Shown here: in pieces, positions 1 through 10,985 of the stretch
How the letters are laid out: each line of letters opens with the position of its first letter
Position numbering within the stretch: position 1 is the stretch's first letter
NCBI RefSeq assembly: GCF_006345805.1
Contig: NW_021833764.1
Coordinates: 1-64,000 of the forward strand
Length of the DNA stretch: 64,000 nt
DNA from: Octopus sinensis
Lineage: Eukaryota
Direction: 5' to 3'
The notes under the pieces: model-generated
What the model was told of the DNA's origin: nothing
Database searches by the model: none
What the model saw: only the letters and a program-made list of their open reading frames with translations
Made by a program: the position numbers and the translations under genes

Positions 1-13
1 ATAATAAAGGACG

Positions 14-127
14 TTACCGTATACATTTTACAACCAAAGACGTTATATTGACCTTCCTTGATTCAAGTTAGAGAAGGGGTGCGTATTATACACAAGGTTT
101 AGGTTATTCAGAGGTACAAACACCTCC
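14..127 (+). mobile_element. Fragment of a Tc2/pogo-like MITE, same family as 8409-8602
   Basis: ccgtataca...aaggggtgcgtattatacacaaggtttagg...cagaggtaca closely matches 8439-8545. That copy ends in a TIR-like ...CTCGAGGATTTACGG followed by TA. Confidence 0.55.
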
Positions 128-182
128 TAAGGCCGCAGTCAAATGACTGAACCAGGTAAAGGATAAAAGATACAAAAGATAG
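128..182 (+). mobile_element. 3' tail fragment of an octopus-type SINE
   Basis: ggccgcagtcaaatgactgaa followed by (AAAGAT)-like repeats. Reverse-complement similarity to the tail at 61495-61550. Confidence 0.5.
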
Positions 183-562
183 ATTAAGTGTCCCCAAATA
201 TCCCGTGCATATTGTACATCAAAAACAGCCCCATCAGCTTTTCAGCCATTATCTAATCTGGCCAATCCTTATTAAGGAAACCGAAGTCTGGTTTGTACTA
301 CATTACGTTGCTGCTATTTCTAGCGGACCTAAGAACCATCACGTAATATTTCTCTTCCAAGGTGACATCGAGTGCTGTCATAATCATGTGCAGATGATAC
401 CATTCCAATGGTTGGCGAGGTCACAGGGTACGAGGCAATGGCTACTAAGACAGACACGGTGCCCTGCTATGGAAGCACGGTAATGATACGATCATTTGTC
501 ATGCAGAGAAACCTGATCTCTGAAAGAAGGCATTCACGGAGTGCAACAGTTAGCCATTATAA

Positions 563-714
563 TACACACACATACACACACACCCGCATATATATATATG
601 CATGTATAATTATATACATTCATGTATATATATATACATACAAGCATGTATATATCTATATTCATATATATACATATAAGTGCATATCATTGGTATAGCG
701 CATATATACATGTA

Positions 715-774
<60 letters not shown>

Positions 775-1144
775 CATCTATATGGTATATATATATATAT
801 ATATATTATATACATATATGTGTATATATATATATATAGTATATATACACACATATATATATATACATATATAAATGCGTATACCAATGTATATATACAT
901 ATATGCATTCATATACATAGACAATAGGACGAGGAGACATATATATACACACATATATACACATACGTACACATAAATACGCATATCGCTTGAATTTACG
1001 TGTGTGTATTATGGGTATATATTAGTATGTATATATATATATATGATACATATATATATATATATATACATATATATATACATATATACATATATATATA
1101 TAGATAAAGATATACATAGATATATATATGTATATAAATATATG

Positions 1145-1183
<39 letters not shown>

Positions 1184-1530
1184 TATATATATATACATAT
1201 CTGCATACGTGTATGAATCTATCCATCTATGTACGTATCTACATATGTATGCATATATTTATGTGTGTGTAAATGTGTGTATGTATATACATATATATAT
1301 ATATATGTATATTATATAATATATTACATATATATGTATATATATATAATGTTATATATTTATATATATAATGTATATATATATATATTAATATATATAT
1401 ATGTATGTATATATATATATATGTATGTATATATATATATATATGCATATATTATATGTGGTTGTGTATCTGTGTATGCAAGCATGTATGTATGCGTGTG
1501 TGTGTGTGTGTGTTTGTACGTGAATGTGCT
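563..1530. repeat. Compound (TA)n/(CA)n/(TG)n microsatellite
   Basis: Direct reading of the sequence. Confidence 0.95.
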
Positions 1531-1744
1531 TGCATTGGTGCACCGGTCTCTCCGACTCAGTAACTATGACATGACAAGATGTACGTCCGATATCAAATTC
1601 CCATTGACCTTAGTGTCCAGATACGACAATACTCTGTGTCTCACTGTATCGATTACAAATCCACTTGACCACGCGCTCACGCCATCGACATGTTCCACGC
1701 TAGAGGGCGTCGCTACATGGACACATGTACCGGCATGAAATAGC

Positions 1745-1956
1745 AACAGAATTTAGCAACCGGAATTTTAACGACCTGAAAAACTATAGAGATATTGGAT
1801 AATTTTCTAATAGATGAAAATGATGGAACGGTCACAAGTGGAGCGCTATTGAGCATACATAGGATCAGTCGTGCAGAAAACTGGTAATGGAGTTGGCTAC
1901 ATATGGTGGATAGGACTCGCCTAAGAATCGTCATCTAATGTTTTGGGGAGTATGAT
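1745..1956 (+). mobile_element. Possible degraded LTR-retrotransposon (BEL/Pao-like) pol 3' end with polypurine tract
   Basis: Frameshifted peptides ILDNFLIDEN, GHKWSAI and VVQKTGNGV loosely resemble the BEL C-terminal GDxVLIxDEN..W..KTxxG segment. They are followed by ggggagta|tgatg, a PPT/LTR-like junction. Weak support. Confidence 0.25.
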
Positions 1957-1975
1957 GATATATATATACACACAC

Positions 1976-2032
<57 letters not shown>

Positions 2033-2047
2033 TTATATATATATATA

Positions 2048-2096
<49 letters not shown>

Positions 2097-2143
2097 ACAC
2101 ATATATATATAAAAACATACATAGATATTCACACATATTATAC

Positions 2144-2174
<31 letters not shown>

Positions 2175-2175
2175 A
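1957..2175. repeat. (TA)n microsatellite
   Basis: Direct reading of the sequence. Confidence 0.95.
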
Positions 2176-2314
2176 GTAGATGAATGAATTATCCTAGTAT
2201 GGATAATTCGGTTAATCGACACCTGGGTAGCAAATTCACGTCAGTAAAACACGGTTGAAGTTACATGCCAAGGGCCGAACCCCGTGTTCGTGTGTGGAAA
2301 TGTGTGTGTTTTTT

Positions 2315-2642
2315 TATATGAATAAATGAAAAGAATGGAGTTCAACGAAGATTTTAACAAAATTCCTTTACTTTCGTACATATGTTTCGAAGACTGCATA
2401 CTTTTAATTCCGAAGGAATGAAGGTTGCATTATGCCGTCTTCTCATCATGTAGGCAGACGGTAAGAAGCTTTTGTTCGTCTTGAGGCTGATAGAGGTTCC
2501 TTGTATTTCCTGATGAGAAGACGGCATAATGCAACCTTCATTCCTTCGAATTAAGAGTATGCAGTCTTCGAAACATATGTACGAAAGTAAAGGAATTTTG
2601 TTAAAATCTTCGTTCAACTCCATTCTTTTCATTATTCATATA
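2315..2642. mobile_element. Palindromic element with ~133 bp inverted arms (2315-2448 and 2511-2642); probably a Penelope-like inverted pLTR relic
   Basis: The arms are reverse complements with about 4 differences around a 62 bp spacer. The 3' ends point outward into TA-rich sequence, and the element carries a hammerhead core. Confidence 0.75.
2497..2595 (+). ncRNA. Type I hammerhead-ribozyme-like motif
   Basis: CTGATGA at 2510-2516. Stem II: GAAGAC/GTCTTC (2517-22/2564-69), extended by GCATA/TATGC. GAAA at 2570-73. Palindromic minimal stem III ACATATGT and a GUA triplet at 2579-81. Stem I: TTCCTTGTATTTC (2497-2509) with GAAAGTAAAGGAA (2583-95). One extra nucleotide (C2582) sits at the cleavage junction. 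Confidence 0.7.
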
Positions 2643-2710
2643 TATACTATATATACATATATTATATATATATATATATCTATATATATATATATATATA
2701 TATACTATAT

Positions 2711-2753
<43 letters not shown>

Positions 2754-2763
2754 CTATATATAC

Positions 2764-2807
<44 letters not shown>

Positions 2808-2821
2808 CTATATATATATAC

Positions 2822-2904
<83 letters not shown>

Positions 2905-3015
2905 TATATTTATGTATATATGTGTGAACATATATACATACATATATACTATATATATATAGTATATATATATATTTATGTATATATTGTGAACATCTAT
3001 GTATGTTTATATAAT
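2643..3015. repeat. (TA)n microsatellite
   Basis: Direct reading of the sequence. Confidence 0.95.
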
Positions 3016-3018
3016 CTG

Positions 3019-3137
3019 CCAAGGCTTTGGTCGGCCAGAGGCTATAGTAGAAAACATTTAGTGAAAATGCCTCACAGTGGGACTGAACCCGGAAACAAGC
3101 TTCCTATGTCAGAGCCGCACTTGCGCCTATAGCCATG

Positions 3138-3140
<3 letters not shown>
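3019..3140 (-). mobile_element. Degraded tRNA-derived SINE head
   Basis: The minus strand reads aggcgcaagtgcggct...ccgggttcagtcccactg (B-box-like). It is homologous to the plus-strand copy at 12211-12370. Confidence 0.65.
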
Positions 3141-3176
<36 letters not shown>

Positions 3177-3249
3177 CTACATGTGAATCATTGGTGATTT
3201 TTTCCTCCCTCTTCGTTTTCTCTCGGTCTTTCCTCTGTCTCCTGTTTCT

Positions 3250-3374
3250 TTCGGGGTCGATAAATTAGGTACCAGTTACGCACTCTGGTCGATATAATCG
3301 ACTTAATCCGTTTGTCTGTCCTTGTTTGTCCCCTCTGTATTTAGTTCCCCTTGTGGGCAATAAAGAAATAAGAA
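3250..3374 (+). mobile_element. 3' half of the Meta/MESC-domain SINE that gave rise to the 152-bp satellite
   Basis: ttcggggtcgataaattaggtaccagttacgcactctggtcgatataatcgacttaa matches the satellite monomer. It then continues tccgtttgtctgtcc...aataaagaaataagaa into a SINE body and tail. Confidence 0.8.
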
Positions 3375-3571
3375 AGACGTATGCTGACCGTGTGACTTTG
3401 AACGACGAGCCAAGCGCAACTGTTGACGAATTTCACTATTTAGCTACCAAAATAACAATGAGTGGAGACTGCATTCATGAAATAAATACAAGCATCGGCA
3501 AAGCCGACCAATCATTCATTCTGTTAAACGGAATATGGAAATAATCAATACTCAGCAAGAACATGGAAATA

Positions 3572-3962
3572 AGGAAGGAAGCACTCCGTCGGTTACGACG
3601 ACGAGAGTTCCGGTTGATCCGAATCAACGGAACAGCCTGCTCGTGAAATTAACGTGTAACTGGCTGAGCACTCCACAGACACTTGTACCCTTAAACGTAG
3701 TTCTCGGGGATATTCATCGTGACACAGAGAGTGACAAGGCTGGCCCCTTTGAAATACAGGTACAACAGAAACAGGAAGTAAGAGTGAGAGAAAGTTGTGG
3801 TGAAAGAGTACAGCAGGGATCACCACCATCCCCTGCCGGAGCCTCGTGGAGCTTTAGGTGTCTTCGCTCAATAAATACTCACAACGCCCGGTTTGGGAAT
3901 CGAAACCGCGACCCTACGACCGCGAGTCCGCTGCCCTAACCACTGGCCCATTGCGCCTCCAC
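3572..3962 (-). mobile_element. Full-length tRNA-derived SINE with 11-bp TSD
   Basis: TSD ACATGGAAATA at 3561-3571 and 3963-3973. The minus-strand head has an A-box-like TGGGCCAGTGG and a B-box-like GTTTCGATTCCC; the tail is (CTTC)n. Confidence 0.85.
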
Positions 3963-4132
3963 ACATGGAAATACTATCTTACAAAAGCAATATACTCAGC
4001 ATCGTCTTCTATGGATCCGAATGTTGGAAAACAACCAAAAGTATTGGAAAGAAATTGGAGGTGTTTCAAAATAAATGTTTACGAAAAATTTTGAAGGTCT
4101 ACTGGTCGAATATGATGTCGAATAGCCAACTG

Positions 4133-4472
4133 AAGGCGCATGGCTCAGTGGTTAGAGCGTCGAGCTTACGATCGTGAGGTTGTGAGCTCGATTCCCGGAC
4201 CGGGCTGCGTGTTGTGTTCTTGAGCAAGGCACTTTATTTCACGTTGCTCCAGTTCACTCAGCTGTAGAAATGATTTGCGACGTCACTGGTGCCAAGCTGT
4301 ATCGGCCCCTTTGCCTTTCCCTTTGATAACACTGGTGGCGTGGAGAGGGGAGGCCGGTATGCATGGGCGACTGCTGGTCTTCCATAAACAACCTTGCCCG
4401 AACATGTGTCTAGGAGGGTAACTTTCTAGGTACAATCCCATGGTCATTCATGACCGAAGGGGGTCTTTACCC
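4133..4472 (+). mobile_element. Full-length tRNA-derived SINE with CORE-like central region and 10-bp TSD
   Basis: A box TGGCTCAGTGG, B-box-like GCTCGATTCCC, CORE-like gtgttcttgagcaaggcactt. TSD TAGCCAACTG at 4123-32 and 4473-82. Other copies at 9221 and 10704. Confidence 0.9.
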
Positions 4473-4760
4473 TAGCCAACTGCACACCAACGCTAACGTA
4501 AAAGCCACAAGAGAAGCCTTTGGAGCAAGGAGATTCGAAATGGCTGGGTCGAATTTGTAGCTAGGATCGCTTTGCAAAGGGTTCCACAAGGTAAAAGAAG
4601 AAGTGGCCAACCAAAGGAAACGTAGCGGAGGGCAATGACAAAAGATCTTAAAAGCAGAGGGTTAACAATGGAACAAAAACTCAAGGGCGGTTTTAGTGTT
4701 AGAATGATTTTCTTGTCGTCTCAAGTGCCACAAAGCACAATGAGAACCGAATGAATGAAT

Positions 4761-5169
4761 ATGTATGTATGTACGTGTGTATGTATGTATGTATGTATGT
4801 ATGTATGTATATACGTACGGACGTATGTAGGTATGCATGCATGCATGTATGTATGTATATATGTATGTATGTATGTATGTACGTATGTATGCATGTATGT
4901 ATATATGTACGTATGTACGTACGTATGTATGTATGTATGTATGTATGTATGTACGTATGTATGTATGTATGTGTGTATGTATGTATGTATGTATGTATGT
5001 ATGTATGTATGTATGTATGTGTGTATGTATGTATGTATGTGTGTGTATATATGTATGTATGTATATATGTACGTATGTATGTTTGTATGTATGTATGTAC
5101 ATACGTACGTACGTATGTATGTATCTATGCATGCATGCATGTATGTATGTATATATGTATGTATGCATG

Positions 5170-5200
<31 letters not shown>

Positions 5201-5293
5201 GCATGTATGTATGCATGTATGTATGTATGTATGTATGTATGTATGTATGTATGTATGTATGTATGTATGCATGTATGTATGTATGTATGCATG

Positions 5294-5327
<34 letters not shown>

Positions 5328-6784
5328 TGTATGTATGTATGTATGTATGTACGTATGTATGTATGCATGTATGTATGGATGTATGTATGTATGTATGTAC
5401 GTATGTATGTATGCATGTATGTATGTATGTATGTATGTATGTATGCATGTATATATTATGTTATATGTATAATTTATGTATCTATTATGCATGTATGTAT
5501 GTATGTATGTTATGTAATTACGTATGTATGTATGATGTATGTATTATGTATGTATGTTGTATGTATGTATGCATGCATGTACGTACGTATGTTGTATGTA
5601 TGTATGTATGTATGTATGTATGAATGTATGTATTATGTAATGTATGTATTATGAATGATGTATGTAGGTATGTTTGTATGTTATGTATGTATGTATGTAT
5701 GAATGTATGTATGTATGTAATGTATGTATGCATGTATGTATGTATGTATGTATGAATGTATGTATGTATGTTATAATGTATGTATGTATGTATGTATGCA
5801 TGTATTATGTATGTATGTATGTAGTACGTATGTATGTATGTATGTATGTATGTATGTATGTATGTATGTATGTATGTATGCATGTATGTATGCATGTATG
5901 TATGTAATGTACGTATGTATGTATGCATGTATGTATGTATGTATGTATGCATGTATATATGTATGTATGTTTGTATGTATGTGTGTATGTATGTATGTAT
6001 GTATGTATGTATGTATGTATGTATGTACGTATGTATGTATGCATGTATGTATGTATGTATGTATGTATGTGTATGTATGTATGTATGTATGTACGTATGT
6101 ATGTATGCATGTATGTATGTATGTATGTATGAATGTATGTATGTATGTATGTATGTATGTATGCATGTATATATGTGTGTATGTATGTATAAATGTATGT
6201 ATGTATGTATGCATGTATGTATGTATGTATGTATGTACGTATGTATGTATGTATGTATGTATGTATGTATGTATGTATGTATGTATGAATGTATGTATGT
6301 ATGTATGTATGTATGTATGCATGTATGTACGTATGTATGTATGTATGTATGTATGTATGTATGTATGTATGTATGTATGTATGTATGTATGAATGTATGT
6401 ATGTATGTATGTATGTATGTATGTATGTATGTATGTATGAATGTATGTATGTATGTATGTATGTATGCATGTATGTACGTATGTATGTATGAATGTATGT
6501 ATGTATGTATAAATGTATGTATGTATGTATGCATGTATGTATGTATGTATGTATGTATGTACGTATGTATGTATGTATGTATTATGTATGTATGTATGTA
6601 TGTATGCATGTATGTATGTATGTATGTATGTACGTATGTATGTGCATGTATGTATGTATGTATGTATGCATGTATATATGTATGTATGTTTGTATGTATG
6701 TGTGTATGTATGTCTGTATGTATGTATGTATGTATGTATGTATGTATGTACGTATGTATGTATGCATGTATGTATGTATGTATG

Positions 6785-6816
<32 letters not shown>

Positions 6817-8065
6817 CGTAGTATGTATGCATGTATGTATGTATGATGTATGAATGTATGTATGTATGTATGTATGTTTATGCATGTATATATATGTGTG
6901 TATGTATGTATAAATGTATGTATGTATGTATGTATGTATGTATGTATGTATGTATGTACGTATGTATGTATGTATGTATGTATGTATGTATGTATGTATG
7001 TATGTATGAATGTATGTATGTATGTATGTATATGTATGCATGTATGTACGTATGTATGTATGTATGTAGTATGTATGTATGTATGTATGTATGTATGTAT
7101 GAATGTATGTATGTATGTATGTATGTATGTATGTATGAATGTATGTATGTATGTATGTATGTATGCATGTATGTACGTATGTATGTATGAATGTATGTAT
7201 GTATGTATAAATGTATGTATGTATGTATGCATGTATGTATGTATGTATGTATGTATGTACGTATGTATGTATGTATGTATGTATGTATGTATGTATGTAT
7301 GTATGTATGCATGTATGTATGTATGTATGTATGTACGTATGTATGTATGCATGTATGTATGTATGTATGTATGCACGTATATATGTATGTATGTTTGTAT
7401 GTATGTGTGTATGTATGTATGTATGTATGTATGTATGTATGTATGTACGTATGTATGTATGCATGTATGTATGTATGTATGTATGTATGTATGTACGTAT
7501 GTATGTATGCATGTATGTATGTATGTATGTATGAATGCATGTATGTATGTATGTATGTATGTATGTATGTATGCATGTATATATGTATGTATGTATGTAT
7601 AAATGTATGTATGTATGTATGTATGTATGTATGTATGTATGTATGTATGCATGTATAAATGTATGTATGTATGAATGTATGTATGTATGTATATATGTAT
7701 GTATGTATGTATAAATGTATGTATGTATGTATGTATGTGTGTATGTATGTATGTATGTATGTACGTATGTATGTATGCATGTATGTATGTATGTATGTAT
7801 GTATGCATGTATATATGTATGTATGTATGTATGTATAAATGTATGTATGTGTGTGTGTATGTATGTATGTGTGTTTGTATGTATGTATGTATGTATGCAT
7901 GTATGTATGTATGTATGTATGCATGTATATATGTATGTATGTATGTATGTGTGTATGTATGTATGTATGTATGTATGTATGTATGTATGTATATATGTAT
8001 GTATGTATGTATGTACGTATGTATGTATGCATGTATGTATGTATGTATGTACGTATGTATGTATC
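4761..8065. repeat. 3.3 kb (TATG)n tetranucleotide array with variant units
   Basis: Direct reading; variants include TACG, CATG, TAAA and GAAT. Confidence 0.97.
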
Positions 8066-8069
8066 TATC

Positions 8070-8408
8070 TATGATTATTTTTATAATTTTAAGTTCTTCT
8101 TAAGAGCGTTGCCTGTGCTTGTAAATATGCAGTTGAGTTGGTATGTTGGCTGCGCTGTTGATTCTAACATCTACGTGTGAGCATCGATTCATCTAAAATG
8201 TCTCGAGTAAAGAATTTTTAGAATGTCTCACAGATCTTCACCGCGCCTTAGATAGACTGGATTTGGATAATCTGCGCCAGTTTCTTTTGCTCTTTCTTCG
8301 AGAAACCTAGTATTTCAAGGTGTTTGCATAAATCTGCACACAAATGCACCGATGATGATAGGTGCAAATAAGAATTTATAGTCGGGGCAGAAGAGTTCTA
8401 AGTTCGCA
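8070..8408 (-). mobile_element. 3' end of an R4/Dong-type (RLE) non-LTR retrotransposon
   Basis: The minus strand translates, with a frameshift and stops, as NLELFCPDYKFLFAPIIIGAF then DLCKHLEILGFSKKEQKKLAQIIQIQSI*GAVKICETF*KF. This resembles the RLE C-terminal vPivIGAlG motif. The 3' UTR runs into (GATA)(CATA)n. Confidence 0.7.
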
Positions 8409-8602
8409 TTAATTCACCATTAATTCACATTTCCATCACCGTATACAGTTTTACAAACCAAGGACGTTATATAGACCTCCTTGACTCACGTTAGAGAAGG
8501 GGTGCGTATCATACACAAGGTTTAGGTTTTTCAGAGGTACAGCCACCCAAAAAATCCTCTACGTATTATACTCAAGGGCGGACTATACTCGAGGATTTAC
8601 GG
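8409..8602 (+). mobile_element. Tc2/pogo-like MITE, terminal portion
   Basis: Ends TATACTCGAGGATTTACGG + TA (reverse: TA CCGTAAATCCTCGAGTATA, a CCGTA-type TIR). Homologous to 14-127. Confidence 0.6.
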
Positions 8603-8624
8603 TAGTTAAACACTGAAGGAAACA

Positions 8625-8779
8625 TATATACATACGTAATTGCGTACATACATACGTATACACATACGTACATACGCACATACATACATACATACATACA
8701 TACATACATCCATACATGCATACATACATACATACATACATACATACATACATACATACATACATACATACATACATAC
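8625..8779. repeat. (CATA)n microsatellite
   Basis: Direct reading of the sequence. Confidence 0.95.
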
Positions 8780-8869
8780 CAATAATAAATGGTGCCCTTG
8801 CATGGATGATAAAGATACTATTGACTTGTCCGGAATGAATACTGTCAATAAGTACTTGCTATTACATTT

Positions 8870-9181
8870 TTAATCAACCAAATATGAACTATTTTGTTGC
8901 ACAATGTGTCTCCATCTTTCCTTCAACTTGAAAATATCCTCTTCCCAGAATTGAGGTGGTTTCATGGCAAATAATTCATCAAGGTATCTTTTTATGTCAT
9001 CCAAGGAATTGGAATTTTTACCCTTAAGACTATTCTGCAGAGACCTGAATAAGTAGAAATCCGAAGGAGCAATATCTGGTGTATATGAGGGTGGGGGGTG
9101 ACACATCCCAACCGAGCCGCAGCAAATTTTGTCTGGTTCCCAAAGTATCAAGTGCCGAAAATGAACTTTCTTATCTTCCAT
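8870..9181 (-). pseudogene. Mariner transposase remnant: N-terminal 15 aa joined to the C-terminal region
   Basis: MEDKKVHFRHLILWE is joined to ...SYTPDIAPSDFYLFRSLQNSL...LKERWRHIVQQNSSYLVD, which carries the mariner YSPDLAPxD motif. Confidence 0.85.
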
Positions 9182-9220
9182 TTTAAAGGGTTACAGAATT
9201 AACACAGGTTATAGGAACAT

Positions 9221-9568
9221 GGAATGGAAGGCGCGTGGCTCAGTGGTTAGAGCATCGAGCTTACGATCGTGAGGTTGTGAGTTCGTATCCTGGACCGGGC
9301 TGCATGTTGTTTTCTTGAGCAAGACACTTTATTTCACGTTGCTCCAGTTCACTCAGCTGTAGAAATGAGTTGCGACGTCACAGGTGCCAAGCTGTATCGG
9401 CCCTTGCCTTTCCCTTGGACAACATCGGTGACGTGGAGAGGGGAGGCCGGTATGCATGGGCGACTGCTGGTCTTCCATAAACAACCTTGCCCAGACTTGT
9501 GCCTCAGAGGGTAAATCTCTAGGTGCACACCCATGGTCAGTGTCTGACCGAAGGGGGTCAACAACAAC
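9221..9568 (+). mobile_element. Full-length SINE, same family as 4133-4472, with (CAA)n tail and 10-bp TSD
   Basis: TSD ATAGGAACAT at 9211-20 and 9569-78; A and B boxes; high similarity to 4133-4472. Confidence 0.9.
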
Positions 9569-9817
9569 ATAGGAACATAAACCTTCTTCCACGAAAATAT
9601 ACCTTAAACTGTGCTCTAAATGGAGGTGTAGTAAAATCCTATTTTATGAACTCAACAATGTTCTAAAATAAGTCGAAAGATAAGCTACTGTAAATCGGCA
9701 CGAACTTTTCGGACAACCCAATATAAACACGATGAGGTCCATTTTTCTTTACTTCTGTTTCGAACTATAAAACACATCTGTCCACTCCAGATCGTTTCGT
9801 ATAGCAACAGGTTATTT

Positions 9818-9866
9818 TTTTTCTATAATTTCAGCTCAGAGCTGCGGCCATGCTGAGGCACCACCG
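9818..9866 (-). mobile_element. Short SINE/LINE 3' tail fragment
   Basis: tttcagctcagagctgcggccatgctgaggcaccacc matches 62866-62910 and 61530-61550. Confidence 0.55.
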
Positions 9867-10149
9867 TTTGATAACCCGTTGCTAATCTTTTCTCTACTGC
9901 AGGTGAAAGGGCAGACTATAAGTTCGTGTTACATGCTAGATATAATAGTCAAGTTCCCCTTAACCTTCCTACGATTCTACATAACAAAGCAATGTAGTAT
10001 TAGACAATGTATCCCTACATGCACAATACCTGAATATCCTACAAGTGGGTCATGGTTGGATTGTCATTAACTGTAAATAATCCCGTCACGACCCATGTCA
10101 CGGTTTAAAATGCAGTGATTATAAAATGGGTATAGAATAATAATTTTTC

Positions 10150-10335
10150 CCAACCTGTGATTGGTTATTGATTTCCGAAAGGACGAAAGATAAAACTGAA
10201 CAACTTCGTTGAGATTTGAAATCAGAATGCTACGATTCAAAACTGATATTGCAAGTCCTTCTATCCAACGCTCCAATTCTTCGCTTTAGCGTCAGTATTT
10301 ACATATTGGTAACATGGCGTCTTCCGAATCTTTCA
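10150..10335 (-). mobile_element. Highly degraded Meta-domain SINE
   Basis: ccgaaaggacgaaagataaaa...gagatttgaaatcagaa aligns with the reverse complement of the satellite monomer. Confidence 0.5.
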
Positions 10336-10364
10336 TTCTATGCATTCGTGTCAGTATTTGCGCG

Positions 10365-10372
10365 CGTATGTA

Positions 10373-10404
<32 letters not shown>

Positions 10405-10501
10405 TTTGTATGTGTGTGTGTGTATGTGTGTGTGTGTATGTGTATGTGTATGTGCGTGCGTGTGTGTATGTGTGCGCCAGTGTCTAGAGAGTGTGAGAGA
10501 A

Positions 10502-10543
<42 letters not shown>

Positions 10544-10545
10544 GG

Positions 10546-10592
<47 letters not shown>

Positions 10593-10645
10593 AAGATCTA
10601 CAGTCGGACGGACAGATGTATAAATGCATTCATACATATATACTC

Positions 10646-10694
<49 letters not shown>

Positions 10695-10700
10695 ATATAT
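10365..10700. repeat. (TG)n, (GATA)n and (TA)n microsatellites
   Basis: Direct reading of the sequence. Confidence 0.95.
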
Positions 10701-10703
10701 ACT

Positions 10704-10924
10704 AAGCTGTAGAAATGAGTTGCGACGTCACAGGTGCCAAGCTGTATCGGCCCCTTTGCCTTTCCCTTGGACAACATCGGTGACGTGGAGAGGGAGAGGC
10801 CGGTATGCATGGGCGACTACTGGTCTTCCATAAAAAAACACCTTGCCCAGACTTGTACTCAGAGGGTAACTCTCTAGGTGCAAACCCATGGTCACTCATG
10901 ACCGAAGGGGGTCTTTACCCTTTT
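10704..10924 (+). mobile_element. 5'-truncated SINE of the 4133-4472 family, inserted in (TA)n
   Basis: agctgtagaaatgagttgcgacgtc...gaagggggtctttaccc matches 4259-4472. Confidence 0.88.
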
Positions 10925-10925
10925 A

Positions 10926-10985
<60 letters not shown>

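Larger units (their letters stand above)
3375..4760 (+). mobile_element. 5'-truncated RTE-clade LINE (RT C-terminus and 3' end), interrupted by two SINEs
   Basis: Peptides VDEFHYLATKITMSGDCIHEINTSIGKADQSFILLNGIWK, YKSNILSIVFYGSECWKTTKSIGKKLEVFQNKCLRKILKVYW and ALQRVPQGKRRSGQPKET follow the RTE C-terminal pattern (FxYLG, LLYGSEcW, CLRrIL, GKRxRGRP). Stops and frameshifts are present, and it ends in a (GAAT)n tail. Confidence 0.85.
8819..9723 (-). mobile_element. Internally deleted mariner-like element with both TIRs and a nested SINE
   Basis: TIRs: TATTGGGTTGTCCGAAAAG (minus strand, ending 9723) and the degenerate TATTGACTTGTCCGGAA (8819). Transposase remnant at 8870-9181. Confidence 0.8.

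Noticed and set aside
205-483. 92-aa ORF
   Set aside because: GTG start, no recognisable domain and no splice context.
4133-4205. Functional tRNA genes at the SINE heads (also 3885-3962 and 9228-9300)
   Set aside because: A and B boxes are present but there is no complete acceptor stem; each continues into a SINE body and is flanked by TSDs.
4662-8180. MYVC/HTYI-repeat and YI-repeat ORFs
   Set aside because: They are translations of (TATG)n and (TA)n microsatellites.
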